Assembly: GCA_965218695.1 (NCBI GenBank)
Contig: OZ244651.1
Location: forward strand, 704,001-768,000
Reading direction: 5' to 3'
Length of the DNA stretch: 64,000 nucleotides
Source of the DNA: Nitrosopumilus sp.
GTDB taxonomy: Archaea > Thermoproteota > Nitrososphaeria > Nitrososphaerales > Nitrosopumilaceae
Position numbers and translations under genes: made by a program. This document shows positions 1-11,578 of the stretch, in pieces. The notes under the pieces were generated by a model. It made no database searches. It was not told the origin of the DNA and saw nothing but the letters and a program-made list of their open reading frames with translations. The stretch's first letter is position 1; every line of letters starts with the position of its first letter.

Positions 1-1393
1 ACCCTTGAGCGCGTCTGTCAGGATCGACATACCGCAAATACCGCCCACAATACAGGTGCTGCACTCGTTCAGCGGACAAGATTTCAGCCATCCTTTCACG
101 ATGCAGTCATACAGCGGAAACCTGTATCTCAGGATTGTCGGCGGCGATGCCACGTCGACGGCGCAGATCAAGGCATTCGAGGGCGAGGATATCCCGCCGG
201 CCTTCATAGTCACCAACATGCCGCCAAACGCGCCGTACAGGATAACGGCCGACGGCATTACCATAATATCCGGCCTGACGTCGAGCACAGGCGGCATAGA
301 AATCATTCAGGCAGACATGGATTTTGACTTTTTTGGGGACAAGGATCTCGAGCTTGTGATATGGCCCGACTCCATGTCCAAGCGCGGGGGTAGCGACGCC
401 GTGATGTTTGACGCATACAACAAAGAAATCAAGGACATCAGGTGGCACGTTCCAATCATATACGTCGCTGAATCCATGCTGCAGGTAAGCATAGATCAAG
501 ACGGCATGGACATTGCCGGAGTCATATTGGAAGGCGGGTCTGACATCAGTTTCGATGAGCGCCAGGGGTTGTACAATGACGGGGACGAGTTGTTTGTCCC
601 GCTGTATTCCGATGCCAATGCGATTGCAATCAGGGTCAACGGGGAATGGGCAGACGGCATCCTGGCAGATATCCAGCAGTTTCCGCATTCTGCACGAATG
701 TCAGACGCTGAAAACACCGCGACCAAATACGCTTTCAGTGATGACATGGGATTCACGGTGGCGCGCGCGTCTGACAGGATCTCCGCGTTTGCCAACAGCA
801 CCGGCGACATGCAGGTCAGGTTCGTCAACGCCAAGGCGTCTGGATACACAGAATTCCCGTTTGACTCCTATTACTATGGAAACTTTACCCCGCCCGGGGC
901 ACCAAACACGGAGGAGTGTTTCGTACACGACAGGTGCGGTGTATGGGTGGACAGTGCCACGCATGCAGACCCGACCAGCGTCAGTTGGGGTTCGATAACG
1001 CAGTGGGTAATAGACAACAATCCGGCGGGGGTGCAGCAGGTGATGGCAGCACAGGGGCCGCTCACGGTACATGTCAACGCGTACGTAAACGGCGAATGGG
1101 TCCAAGGCCAGACGATATTTGAAAGCACGGACGTCACTGTCGTGCCCGGCGACTTTCTGGACAGGCGCCTCGTATACCAGTACAACGGCGGCCTGGAGTA
1201 CGGCATGGAAGACGACGATGCAACCATGCGCGTGCCGGTCCAGGCAGGCGACTTTGTGGAGTTTGTGGTGAGCTCCAGAACAATGGCGGCCTCGACCCCG
1301 GTGTATGCGGGCAGTGGCACTTCAGCAGACGTGTGGTGGGGAAACAGCACGTCGCGAATCCACAGCGGCCTCATGCTAGTCAGCATGCCGTGA
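1..1393 (+). CDS. Large acidic, beta-rich hypothetical protein, 5'-partial (probably exported)
   Basis: Frame is open from the window edge for over 460 codons with coding-like codon usage. No family recognised. Confidence 0.75.
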   Translation, partial: PLSASVRIDIPQIPPTIQVLHSFSGQDFSHPFTMQSYSGNLYLRIVGGDATSTAQIKAFEGEDIPPAFIVTNMPPNAPYRITADGITIISGLTSSTGGIEIIQADMDFDFFGDKDLELVIWPDSMSKRGGSDAVMFDAYNKEIKDIRWHVPIIYVAESMLQVSIDQDGMDIAGVILEGGSDISFDERQGLYNDGDELFVPLYSDANAIAIRVNGEWADGILADIQQFPHSARMSDAENTATKYAFSDDMGFTVARASDRISAFANSTGDMQVRFVNAKASGYTEFPFDSYYYGNFTPPGAPNTEECFVHDRCGVWVDSATHADPTSVSWGSITQWVIDNNPAGVQQVMAAQGPLTVHVNAYVNGEWVQGQTIFESTDVTVVPGDFLDRRLVYQYNGGLEYGMEDDDATMRVPVQAGDFVEFVVSSRTMAASTPVYAGSGTSADVWWGNSTSRIHSGLMLVSMP

Positions 1394-1481
1394 TTGGCCA
1401 AAACGCGGCATAATTGAAAGATGATACACCATACTGTACCAATAGCCGTACATGCCATGTTTACTTATCGTGAGTACACAT

Positions 1482-1490
1482 CCCTTTATC
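1482..1490 (+). promoter_or_regulatory. C-rich BRE/TATA motif CCCTTTATC
   Basis: First T is 29 nt upstream of ATG 1514. Confidence 0.5.
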
Positions 1491-1513
1491 ACTGACGGAA
1501 CACCAATAATGTC

Positions 1514-2249
1514 ATGAACCTGACCAACCCACGGATCTTCATCCCGCTGGCGTGGCTTGGCTTGACTTGGCTGCACGGCCGCGTATTTCGTGGCGGCGTT
1601 CTGGCTGCCGAGGCCTGACTTTGCAGTCCAGGAGACGGCAGTGTCGGTAAGCAGCATACTTGAGATTTGGTGGCACGAGATAATGGGGAGCGCGCCAGTG
1701 CTGATACCGGGGTTCGGCGCACTTTGGGGCATTCTTTCCAGCATGGGCTTTGCCCACTCCGTGTTCTTCATGTCAGAGAACGGTATGTTTGCCATGGGAC
1801 CGCAGTTCATGTTCGTGACGTTCCCGTTCCTTTCACTGTACTTGTTGGCGCAGTGCATCATGATCAGGCGCGGAATCCTGATACTCATGGCCTTGCGGCA
1901 GCCTGCAGAGACAGAAGAGGTGACAGCAGCGTACCACGAGCCCGAACAAACCGCTGGATGGAGCGAAAGTGGCAACGGGTATGGCATATCCATGCTTGTG
2001 GACAAGCTTGCTCCGATGGCCAAACCGTTCCTGCGAGATGCCGGCATATTCTTCGCTCTGCTGTTTGTCTCGGCAATACTGACGTTCGTGGCGTGAGGCG
2101 ATGTTCCGTCAAGCACGACACTCCAGGCATACTGGACGTACGACGGCATGCTCGACTATTTGGTGATGCTGCCAGACAAGATTGGGGAATTCGTGCCCGC
2201 CGTTGATTGGGATGCCGTGACCGGCATTATGTGGGATTCGCTTGCCTGA
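1514..2249 (+). pseudogene. Multi-TM membrane protein, frameshifted and with a premature stop
   Basis: ATG 1514 (MNLTNPRIFIPLAWLG) joins ORF 1590-2096 if 10 nt (TTGACTTGGC) are removed. The frame stays open for 50 codons past TGA 2094-2096, to TGA 2249. Confidence 0.65.
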
Positions 2250-2346
2250 TCCCCGGCCGGCGTGTCATAAGGAATTGATCTGCTGCCGCGTGAACAATCC
2301 GTAATGGGATCATGGCGGCATGCATAACTCACGTTAGACCATATTC

Positions 2347-2364
2347 AAAATAAAAAAAAGAAAA
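2347..2364 (-). terminator. Oligo-T terminator of the S-layer gene
   Basis: TTTTCTTTTTTTTATTTT on the minus strand just after the stop at 2379. Confidence 0.65.
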
Positions 2365-4285
2365 GGGGTGTGTGTTTTCTAGTTTACAGTTATTGCTATC
2401 GTTGCGGTCGGTGAGAGTGCAGTTGGGTTGTTGATGGATTCCCAGACGAACGCAGTCACGTCATACGTGCCTGCCTCATCTGGAGTCCAAGAGACTGCCA
2501 CACTGAGTGACTGTCCTTCTGTCAGCGAACCCTTGATCCAGTCAAGTGAGACCGTTACGCCGTTTTCATCCTGTACCTGTATGAGGTAGGCAAACTCTTG
2601 TGCCTTGTCCTGTCCGTTGGTCACGTCAGACTCTAGCTGAATCTGGGTGTCAACGGATACGGTGTCAAGCGTGTTGCCGAACGAATCGACTGCTCGCAGG
2701 TCAGATATTGGTGCCCTCTCCAATGGTGGTACGATAGTACCAATCAGAGTGGTGGCGCCTACCCTGAGCCTTTCTGTCTCCTTGAACGGTGCCGGTAGCG
2801 TGTTGTCGTAGTACTGCGCGGTAACGGTGTCGCCCTCTACTACCCTGAGCCTGTGGCCGCTGGTGTCAACTCCAACACCAAAGAAGACGGTGCCTTCAAA
2901 GATGCCGGTTGCAGCATTGGTCTCAGTCACGGTGAGGTCGATTCCGCCTCCGTCAGAGTCGGACCAGACGGTCACGTCGAAGTTGTCGACTGCCTCCGGG
3001 TTCAGGTTCATGTCAGGATCGATGATCCTCACTATTCCTGATCCGCTGGCAGGATAACTTGCCTCGAGCCACTGGACCTCGCCCACGTTCCACCTGATTA
3101 GGGCGGAGCTGCTGACAGTCTCGCCGTCAGAGAACTTGAAGGATACGGATATCCCGCTTTCACTGTCGGTTTCTATCTGACCGTCTGTAGGTCCGGTTCC
3201 ATCGGTTATTCCCGATGCGTCGCCGTCGTTGCCGTCGCCGTCTGCGTCATGGGTGCCAAATCCTGTCAGGATCACCTCGCCGGTAAATATGCCGGTGTCG
3301 GCGCCAGTCTCGACGAGCTTGTACTGTTCAAGCTCGTTTCCACGGGTTGATATCCTTACCGGATAGTCGTCGGTGTTGCCCACCTCGTCTACCTGGTCTG
3401 AGTCGGTGTTGTGGTCAGGTGCGACTACTGTCACGTAGACCTTGTCAGTCCACGTGTAGACGCGCTGGTCCAGCTCGATGGTTGCTCCAAAGTTAGACGT
3501 GTAGATGGTGGTGGAGACTTCCTCGTCCTTGTCTCCGACAAAGTCAGAGCCGGACGGTCCCCAGTCGTTGTACGTCAGGGTGATCTCCTCGCCTCGTTGT
3601 AGCGTGCTGCCGTCTATCTCGTCTGGAATCGTGACCACTACCTGGAAGATTCCAGTGTTGGATCCGGTTTCAAGGAGATTGGAGGGCGTCGCGCCGAACG
3701 CGCCATCGTTAAGCGTTTTTGTGCCTGCATCAGAGTCCCATTCGATCAGGTCAAGGACGTATGTCTCTGTGGTGTCGCTGTCAAGGTTCAAGTCTGGTTC
3801 GATGAGCGTCAGTATCGCGTCGCTTCCGAGGATGTACGCAGTCTGGTCGGACTGGAGTACGCCGTTTCGCAAGTCGAAGGTTGCAGAGTCAGTCACGGTG
3901 TTTGAACTGCCGGATGCGTCAGACGGGTCGTTGTATATCACGTGGAGAATGTCTCCCTGCAGTATACAGCCCGGAGATTCCAGTGAAACCTCGTCTAGGA
4001 GGTCAGGTCTCGGTTCCTCGACGTCGTTGCTAGTATTATCGTCGACGTTGTTCGCCTCTCGAATCGCTGTGACGTCGGTGACATATGTGGCATATCTTAT
4101 TGCGTTCTCTGCTTCAATCCTGTCATTTATGTCGTCAATTGTGTTTGCGTTTATTTCGTATTCCACTCCGTTGATGTCTATTGTGTCAGCCAATACGGCC
4201 ACGGGACAGTTGCTGTCAGACGGGCCTTTGTCGAATGAGACTTTCACCTCGTGCTCGAATATGCCCGAGTCAGGGGCAGTCTCTA

Positions 4286-5387
4286 TAGTGAAAAGTGAAA
4301 GTTCGTTCCAAGTTCAGCACCTCAGACCGAAAACTATGTAGATCAGCCGGTCGCCTAACGCGGCATGATCAAAGTAACACGGGAAGAACTCGAAGTAGCA
4401 TACAAAAAAGAAAAGGACCTCAGGGTGGGAGCCAGAATGCTTGCAGTACACATGGTACATTTTCGTAAAATGAGCATAGATGATGCGGCCGTCAATCTTC
4501 TGCGATGTCCCAGGTGGGTACGCAACTGGCTGGAACGCTTCGAGAATGGAGGTCTACAAGGCCTCCGGGATCTTCCCAGATCCGGCAGGCCGCCCAAGAT
4601 TTCACCTGAAGCAATGGACGGCATACTGGACAAGGTAGACCGGTTCAAGACCACTCCTGCCGAACTGCAACAGGTCATACACAGGGAGACGGGAACAAAG
4701 ATGCACAGGACGAACATCAGGAAAATCATGCAAAAATACGGTCTGTCCCCCAAGGGGTCGCAAAGGATCCACATCAACAGGGCCACCAAGGCAGCCGTAA
4801 AAAGCTGGCAATATCGCCTCAAAAAGAGAATTTCACGCCTAGAAAAAGACGGTTTTGTCCTGGCCGTGCAAGACGAGGCGTTCTTCATACACGACGTAAA
4901 ATCTGGCCGCAAGTATTGGTCCCCCGTGGGGGTGCCAATAACCGTGCCATACACTGGAAGCCACAAAAGAATTACCGCGTACGGTTCAATTACAATGGAT
5001 GGCAGGCAGTTCTTCAGGACTGCCAGCGGGTTTAACGCGCCCACTTTTGTTGCTTATCTCAAGGCCATGCAGAGGCATTTTGGGAAGGTTGCCGTCCTGG
5101 TGGACAGGGCGTCCCCGCACCGCGCAAAAGCCGTCCGGACGCTGCTGCGCGAGAACAAGAACATCAGGATCATATACCTGCCAAAAGGCTCACCGTATCT
5201 CAACGCCGTGGAAGAATGCTGGCACCAGGGAAAACGGAACCTGCTTGTTTCAGAATACTACAAAACCTTCTTGGACATGCACAGTGCCGTCTCCCAGTAC
5301 TATCGAACTGCGAGATTCAATCTGGATTTGATCAAATTCTTTAACAGAAAAGCCGAATTATTTTGCAAGAACTTTTGATCGCCACTA
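4286..5387 (+). mobile_element. IS630-family element
   Basis: Imperfect TIRs (TAGTG...AAAGTTC), TA duplication at 4284-85 and 5388-89, CTAG empty site. Confidence 0.92.
4365..5378 (+). CDS. IS630 transposase
   Basis: HTH-GRP N-terminus; QDE, VDRASPH and SPYLNAVE catalytic motifs. Confidence 0.93.
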   Translation: MIKVTREELEVAYKKEKDLRVGARMLAVHMVHFRKMSIDDAAVNLLRCPRWVRNWLERFENGGLQGLRDLPRSGRPPKISPEAMDGILDKVDRFKTTPAELQQVIHRETGTKMHRTNIRKIMQKYGLSPKGSQRIHINRATKAAVKSWQYRLKKRISRLEKDGFVLAVQDEAFFIHDVKSGRKYWSPVGVPITVPYTGSHKRITAYGSITMDGRQFFRTASGFNAPTFVAYLKAMQRHFGKVAVLVDRASPHRAKAVRTLLRENKNIRIIYLPKGSPYLNAVEECWHQGKRNLLVSEYYKTFLDMHSAVSQYYRTARFNLDLIKFFNRKAELFCKNF

Positions 5388-8109
5388 TAGTATTGGTGTG
5401 CCGTCCTGTCCTGCCGTCTCCAATGGGTACGTCTGGGAACCGCGGATTACTGAGACGCTCAAGAGTGAGGTGTCGTCGTCCGTCTCGATGCGGTCTATGC
5501 CGTTGGCTGACTGGTCAAAGTCGGCATCGTTGATGCTGACGTATACGGTCAGGCTGCCATCGTCAATAACCACGCCGTCGGTATGTGTTTCGAATACGGA
5601 GTTGTTCTCGGCGGTGCTGCCCATGGTTCCAAACGGTACCGGATAGACGGTCCTGTCAAGGCTTACGGATCCGGTGTTGGATCGTATTCCCGCAGAAGCG
5701 CTTACCGATATGGTTGAGCCGGAGTCGTCCCTGAAGTCAATGTACTCGACTGAGATGTCCTTGCCCGTGATGGACTCAACGTCGTCTGCATCCGTACAGT
5801 GCTCTGCCGGAGCCGCGAAGGTGCCGACAAACACGCCGGTGGCCGCTCCGGTCTCCTGAAGCGTGAACTGGGTGTCTGCAAGTCCATAGTTGCTGGTGGC
5901 ATCAGAGAAGTCTGATTCTGCACAACCGTGGTTGGTCCATAGCTCGCCGTCAAAGGATACACTGAGCAGTGCACCGAACTCGTCGTCGTCGTTGAGCGTG
6001 TGTACGAGCAGCAGGTCGCTGCCGACCCTGTCGTTGAGATTTTGCGTTTCCATCACTGCGGCTTTTGCCTCAACAGGTGGGTCAGCATCAGTATCTGCTG
6101 CTACAGCAGGTTCTGTTTCGATCATGCCAGAGACCACCGTATAGACGTCGGCCTTTCCGCTGTCAACGTTCAGGTCTGCGTCCTCTACCGTGACTACTAC
6201 CGTGTCGGCTACCCTGTAGCCGTCAGAGCCAAGTGACACCACGCCAGAGTGTGTCGGGGTGTCGGCCTCGGCCGTAAACAGCGTGGTTCCGCCGGTGGAG
6301 TCAAGGTCTAGGTATTCCACGGAAACAGAACCGTCGTCAGAGATCAGTATGATGGAGTCGCCGGATACATCGATGTTGCCGTACGTCGCTTCATCAAGTA
6401 TGTTGATCTGGCTGAGTCCGATGTACTCCAGAGTGCCTGTAAAGTCACTGCTGTCGTCTCCGTCCTCGTCGAGTTCAAGCCTGTAGATGGCGTCGTTGAC
6501 GTTAGTCTCTAGATCGGCTTCGAGGCCGAAGGTAAAGACGTCAAATGTTACTGCGCTGGTTTCAAGTGCGTCGTCTTCAGCGAATGTAAGCGTTATTCGG
6601 TTAGGCATCATTTTGTCCTCAGTGACAATATATCTGTCAGCATGGCTGGTCGAAATAGAGGTATTTATCTCATCAGCTTCCTCATTTACGTCGTCAGTAT
6701 CTGGATCATCTATAACTGCAGCTCTGAAGTAATTAACCGCAATAGTGGCGTCTTCAAATGCGCTAAAGTCATAGTTTACCACTTGGAATGTGGTATCGGG
6801 GTAGTCAGCAGCAGTCATGCCAGTCAAATCGATTGTTAGCGTACCTACCCTGGTTGCGTCGTCATCAACGGTTATCAGAGCTCTTTGACTGACAGCCACG
6901 TCCCTAACTTCGTCCGAGGAGGTGTTGCTAACACCAACAAGGTCGTCAGAGGTCAGGGTCGCTTTTATGTTGGTGGTAAGGGTCTGCGGTGTTCCAATCG
7001 TTATGGTTGGAATCATGTGGTCCGGATTTGAAATGTCAAGATCGTCGGCATTCCCCGTGTTGGTGTTGGCGTCGGCGTCAGTCAGCGTAATGCCGATCTC
7101 CTCGCCTGAGCTCCATTCGTCGCCTGCGTCTATCACGACGCGGGCAGTGCTGAACCCAATGGAACTTGTAGAGGTGCTGTCGTATGTGACTGAAAATGAC
7201 AATCCTCTTGCAGCGGCTGCAGTAGTGCTAAGTTCGTCGTTGATGAATTGGGTCTCGTTGTTGCCATCCTCCGTAAAGGTTATCGTGGCAATGGCGTCAG
7301 TTCTCTCGAAGATGTTGGTGCCCTGATTATCAGGATCGTCAACACCTGTATCTCTCATAACAAATGTGATGCTGTCGTCGGTAGTCTTGTTACTGCCATC
7401 GTCAACCAACAGGGAATCACCTCTCTGGTTGTGCGTGGTGATGCTGAGATCCTCGATATCGTCATCAGCAGCAGCATCGGCATCGGCAGTGAAATCGGCA
7501 GCACCGTTACCTAGGTAGGTTGCAGCACCGTTTTCGTCAAATCTCCATACGTCGTCGTCTGTTGGGTCGACGTTGAGTGCCATGTCGTCAAGCGTGATCT
7601 CCACGGCGGTGTTCTGCGGGTACGAGTTCCTGTCAAGGCTTACGCCGGATGCTGGATTGTCAAGATCCAGAGTCACTGTCTGATCGCCTCCAGGCCTCTG
7701 GTAAACGACGTCGAATTCGCCGGCGTCTGCATCAATTCTCATGACGGCGTCAACCGTAAGTGCAGGCTCAGTTGTTGGTGCGTTCCTGATATGGTTCTCC
7801 AAACTAACCGTACCGAATGGGAAGTCGTCTGATACAAAGTATCCGTACCAAGCACTACCCCTGAATCCCATTGTGAGATCTTCATCGTTAACTGTTACCA
7901 ATGGCTGCGTACCGGCTACATCCGTCAGTTCATCAAGGATCACGACCTGCACGATGTTGGTGTGGGCAATCTCGTTGCCCGCGTTTTGTCCCTCCGCTGA
8001 AACCTTCAGGTTCGGGTTGCTTGATATCTGTGCGGCCTGTGCCGGCTCCATGCCGGGTATGGCAAACGTGAGTCCGCCTGCCACCATTATCGTCATTAGC
8101 GTTAAACTA

Positions 8110-9210
8110 TACTGACACGCAAAAGTCTTTGAGCAAATGCCCTAGCCAACCGCAAAGTTTCTAGATCAGACTTTCTTTCATGGAGACATGGACGACTCCA
8201 AACTGGAAGAACTAAAAAAAGCGTGCAAAAAAGAAAAAGACCACAAGGTTCGGGCTAGGATGGTCACGGTACGCATGGTTCGCGTGTTCAACATGACCGT
8301 GGAGGAGACTGCCGACATCCAAGGACGGAGCCCAAACTGGGTCCGCAACTGGTTGAGCCGCTTCGATGACGGAGGCCTGCAAGGCCTCCGTGATCTTCCC
8401 AGATGCGGACGGCCCAGAAAGATCCCGCAAGACGTCATCGACGGAATAATTGCAAAGACGGCATGCCATAAAATCACGCCCTCGGAACTGCAACAGAACA
8501 TACACCATGACACGGGCGTAAAGCTTCACATCACGTACGTCAGGAAGATCATGCACCAGTACGGCCTGTCCCCGAAGGCACCACGGAAAGTCCATGTTAA
8601 CAGGGCCAACAAAAAGGCCGTGCAGAACTGGAAATACCGCTTCAACAAGCGCGTTTCACGCCTAGAAAAGGAGGGATTTACCACGGTAATGGAGGACGAG
8701 GCAATCTTCATACACGACGTGATAGTCGGCCGTAAATATTGGTCCCTGGTGGGCCATCCCATAAGCGTGCCGTACACCGGCAGCCACAAGAGGATCGCAG
8801 CGTACGGCTCGATCGCAAAAGACGGCAGGCAGTTTTTCCGGACGTACGAGAAATTTGACGGACCCACGTTTGTCAGATACCTCAAGGATCTGCACCGGCA
8901 TTTTGGCAAGGTGGTAGTGACGGCAGACCGGGCCCCGCAGCACCGCTCAAAACTGGTAAAGGAATTTCTGCGCAGCAACAGGGATGTCAAGATGATCTAT
9001 CTGCCAAAGGGCTCGCCGTACCTCAACGCGATGGAGGAATGCTGGCACCAAGGAAAGCGCGTCCTGCTCGTCTCGGAATATTACCGGACATTTCAGGACA
9101 TGCACCGGGCAGTTTCGTTGTATTATCGAACCGCCAGGTTCAAGCTTGACATCCTCAAATTTACCAGCCGAAAATATGAGGCATTGTGCACAAACTTTTG
9201 ATCGTCAGTA
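8110..9210 (+). mobile_element. IS630-family element
   Basis: TIRs TACTGAC...CAAAAGT, TA duplication at 8108-09 and 9211-12, CTAG empty site. Confidence 0.92.
8188..9201 (+). CDS. IS630 transposase
   Basis: EDE, ADRAPQH and SPYLNAME motifs; paralog of 4365-5378. Confidence 0.93.
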   Translation: MDDSKLEELKKACKKEKDHKVRARMVTVRMVRVFNMTVEETADIQGRSPNWVRNWLSRFDDGGLQGLRDLPRCGRPRKIPQDVIDGIIAKTACHKITPSELQQNIHHDTGVKLHITYVRKIMHQYGLSPKAPRKVHVNRANKKAVQNWKYRFNKRVSRLEKEGFTTVMEDEAIFIHDVIVGRKYWSLVGHPISVPYTGSHKRIAAYGSIAKDGRQFFRTYEKFDGPTFVRYLKDLHRHFGKVVVTADRAPQHRSKLVKEFLRSNRDVKMIYLPKGSPYLNAMEECWHQGKRVLLVSEYYRTFQDMHRAVSLYYRTARFKLDILKFTSRKYEALCTNF

Positions 9211-9332
9211 TAGTTAATTTGAATAATCACACCACTGCTTCAGACCTTACGCGTGACCGGTGCGCAGACGCGCACCTTCCTGTATCGGACAAACATCGAC
9301 TAGCCGTACTGTCCTGCCCGAGAATTCCTTCA

Positions 9333-9341
9333 CCCTTAAAC
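9333..9341 (+). promoter_or_regulatory. C-rich BRE/TATA motif CCCTTAAAC
   Basis: 27 nt upstream of GTG 9363. Confidence 0.65.
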
Positions 9342-9362
9342 GTAAAGGAATGACTCGGTTTC

Positions 9363-9836
9363 GTGAACCAGATACTGGCCTTCATGTTGCTGATTGCAGT
9401 CTCCATGGCGATAGGATTTCCGCTGGTCTTCTTTGGTACCGAGAGGTTTGGGGACGCGGCACTGAGCTACCGCGACTTTGCCGAACAGTCAAGGATCAGA
9501 TCAGGGCAGTCCATAGCCGTGACATATCTGTGCAATGCCGATGGCCCTGTCAGCGGAACCGTGATCAATGTGGGACTTCAGGACATTACTATATTTGCCG
9601 CCTTGGCAGACGACGAGGTGCTGTGCACCAACGGCGGCCCCAACAAGTGTCCAGGCGGCGATTTTGACCTCACAAGTTACGGCGATACCGTTGGCAAGGA
9701 CGGTGAGCCATTTATGCCAGAACAGATTGCAAACTTTACGACCGGGACGAAGAACGTGACTGATGCGGTGCGGTTTGTCACAGAGAGCGGCAAGCTCTTT
9801 GAGATTCCGATATCTGACGTGACTGCCACGTGCTGA
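9363..9836 (+). CDS. Archaeal type IV pilin-like protein (no basic leader)
   Basis: N-terminal hydrophobic helix resembling mature pilins, then a beta-domain with VINVG. Confidence 0.65.
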   Translation: MNQILAFMLLIAVSMAIGFPLVFFGTERFGDAALSYRDFAEQSRIRSGQSIAVTYLCNADGPVSGTVINVGLQDITIFAALADDEVLCTNGGPNKCPGGDFDLTSYGDTVGKDGEPFMPEQIANFTTGTKNVTDAVRFVTESGKLFEIPISDVTATC

Positions 9837-10522
9837 TCTTGGACATTCCCACCTTTTGTCAGACAGACACAATCCATTCCGGATACTGTTGTCTGGCCTG
9901 TTCCAAAGAATCCTGCCAAGTGCCCTGGACGGAACTGCTCTTCTTGCGGGTCAGCGCCATGAGCAGTGCGGACCTAGCGTGCAGTTTGCAGCGGTTCTAG
10001 GAGTGTGGTGCCTAATCTGCGGTGATCTGGTGCACGCCGAGTGCGACTGACCCGTTTGTAACTGATCATGGCATGCAGATGGTCAAAAGCCAGACACGCA
10101 TCGATTCTGCCTGCAAGGACACAGCAGGAGACACGCATCAGCAAAATGAAATGAAATAGAACAAAATCATGTGCCGCCTGCGGTCACGGCAATCTTTATA
10201 CCGTACGGTAATGTACGGTAAAATTATGGGCTTATATGCTAATCCCGATTTGATGGTAGCCGACCATCCCAAACTTGGTGAGTATGGATCAAGAAGCAAT
10301 TCCTGAAATGTGGCCGGCTACCAGCTGTGCTTTGCTCCCCAGAGAATTTATGCTTTCAGTAGTATGCCGATAGCGTTCTGATGGCGAATTAATGGATAAA
10401 TACCCCAAACTCCAAACCCTAATTGGTGAGTATGGGTACAAGGAGGCTAACTATAGATTTTGTCAAGTAAGGCAACTTTAACTGCCGCGATCAATACCAA
10501 AGGATGCAAAATCATCGACGAG

Positions 10523-11350
10523 ATGATGGCAGAGTCGGCTGCCTCAAGGGGGATCGGCCTGTTGAGGAAACTTTCCGGAGGCCCGTGCCTCTGCAGTGCG
10601 GCGACTGCGATAAATGACGAGGTTGCAGGCGAGACACTGTGCGGGGTCTGCGGGGTCGTATTGCATGAGAGGGAGGCGCGTATGGTGTGGGATGGAATGG
10701 GAGGTTGGCACGATGTACGGCGCGCTACCGGGCGAAGCGGAAGGAGCATTACTGAATTTGTAACTACCCAGAGGATGGTCAGCGGCGCAACCGATGTCCG
10801 GCGGGATGCCCTGATGCGAACGATAATACCCATGCTGGAGCACGTGTCTGCCTCTGCAGTAATAAAAAACGAGGCAGAGTCGCTGGTAAGACGCATGACA
10901 TCAGACGGGTTTGCCAAAGGCAGGCACCGACTGACATTGTGCGCAGGGACGGTTCTGGCGGCATGCCGCGTGCACGGCCGCATGATAAGGCGCGAGGATC
11001 TGGCAATGCTCACGGGCACCAGTTTCAAGGGGGTGAGTCGGATTTCAAGGGGCATAATGGAGCGATACGGCCTGAAACCGCTCTCCATAGAGGACAGGAC
11101 AAGGCGCGTACTGTCCCGGATGTGTATCGATGTCGGCGCTCCCGGTCTGCTGCGCCCGGCGCTTGACACGTATGATGCCATGCTGCTTGCAGGGCATGCC
11201 TCGGGCAAGAGCCCGTATGTAGTGGCAGCGTACGTGCTCCGCCTCCACACGAGGCGCATAATGTCAGAAGAAAAGTTTGCAGAGAGGGTGGGAGTGCCGC
11301 ACCAAAGCATGCAGAGATATGTTGGGGGATTGATGCCCAATGCCTGCTAG
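10523..11350 (+). CDS. tfb: Divergent transcription initiation factor IIB (TFB)
   Basis: Zn ribbon (CLC...GETLCGVCG), two cyclin repeats (KGR...AAC; GKSP..VAA) and a C-terminal HTH. Start codon uncertain. Confidence 0.85.
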   Translation: MMAESAASRGIGLLRKLSGGPCLCSAATAINDEVAGETLCGVCGVVLHEREARMVWDGMGGWHDVRRATGRSGRSITEFVTTQRMVSGATDVRRDALMRTIIPMLEHVSASAVIKNEAESLVRRMTSDGFAKGRHRLTLCAGTVLAACRVHGRMIRREDLAMLTGTSFKGVSRISRGIMERYGLKPLSIEDRTRRVLSRMCIDVGAPGLLRPALDTYDAMLLAGHASGKSPYVVAAYVLRLHTRRIMSEEKFAERVGVPHQSMQRYVGGLMPNAC

Positions 11351-11578
11351 GTTTTGCGGCGATTTTGCCGGCGGATGTAAAGGATGCAGGCAAGCAGGAG
11401 AATAGACGCCCGTGCAGTTTCGTGTTTTGTGCCATGAGGAAAAGACACCACATATGCGCGCGCGATATGCGGGAGGAAACCAGAACAGTCTGATGGAATG
11501 TTTAGTAATCGGATTGGAGTGGCATGCCATGTCTGATGCACGATATAAATATTTAAGATAGCCAATCATGGAATTGAC

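Larger units (their letters stand above)
2379..9220 (-). pseudogene. slaA: Thaumarchaeal S-layer protein (SlaA-like), interrupted by two IS630 and lacking its first codons
   Basis: KLTSLTLMTIMVAGGLTFA N-terminus, repeated ETGxxTGIF motifs and a FVWESINNPTALSP C-terminus. Removing IS 4286-5387 plus one TA rejoins GTPIL-ETAPDSGIFE (1537 aa from ATG 8096). Confidence 0.88.
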
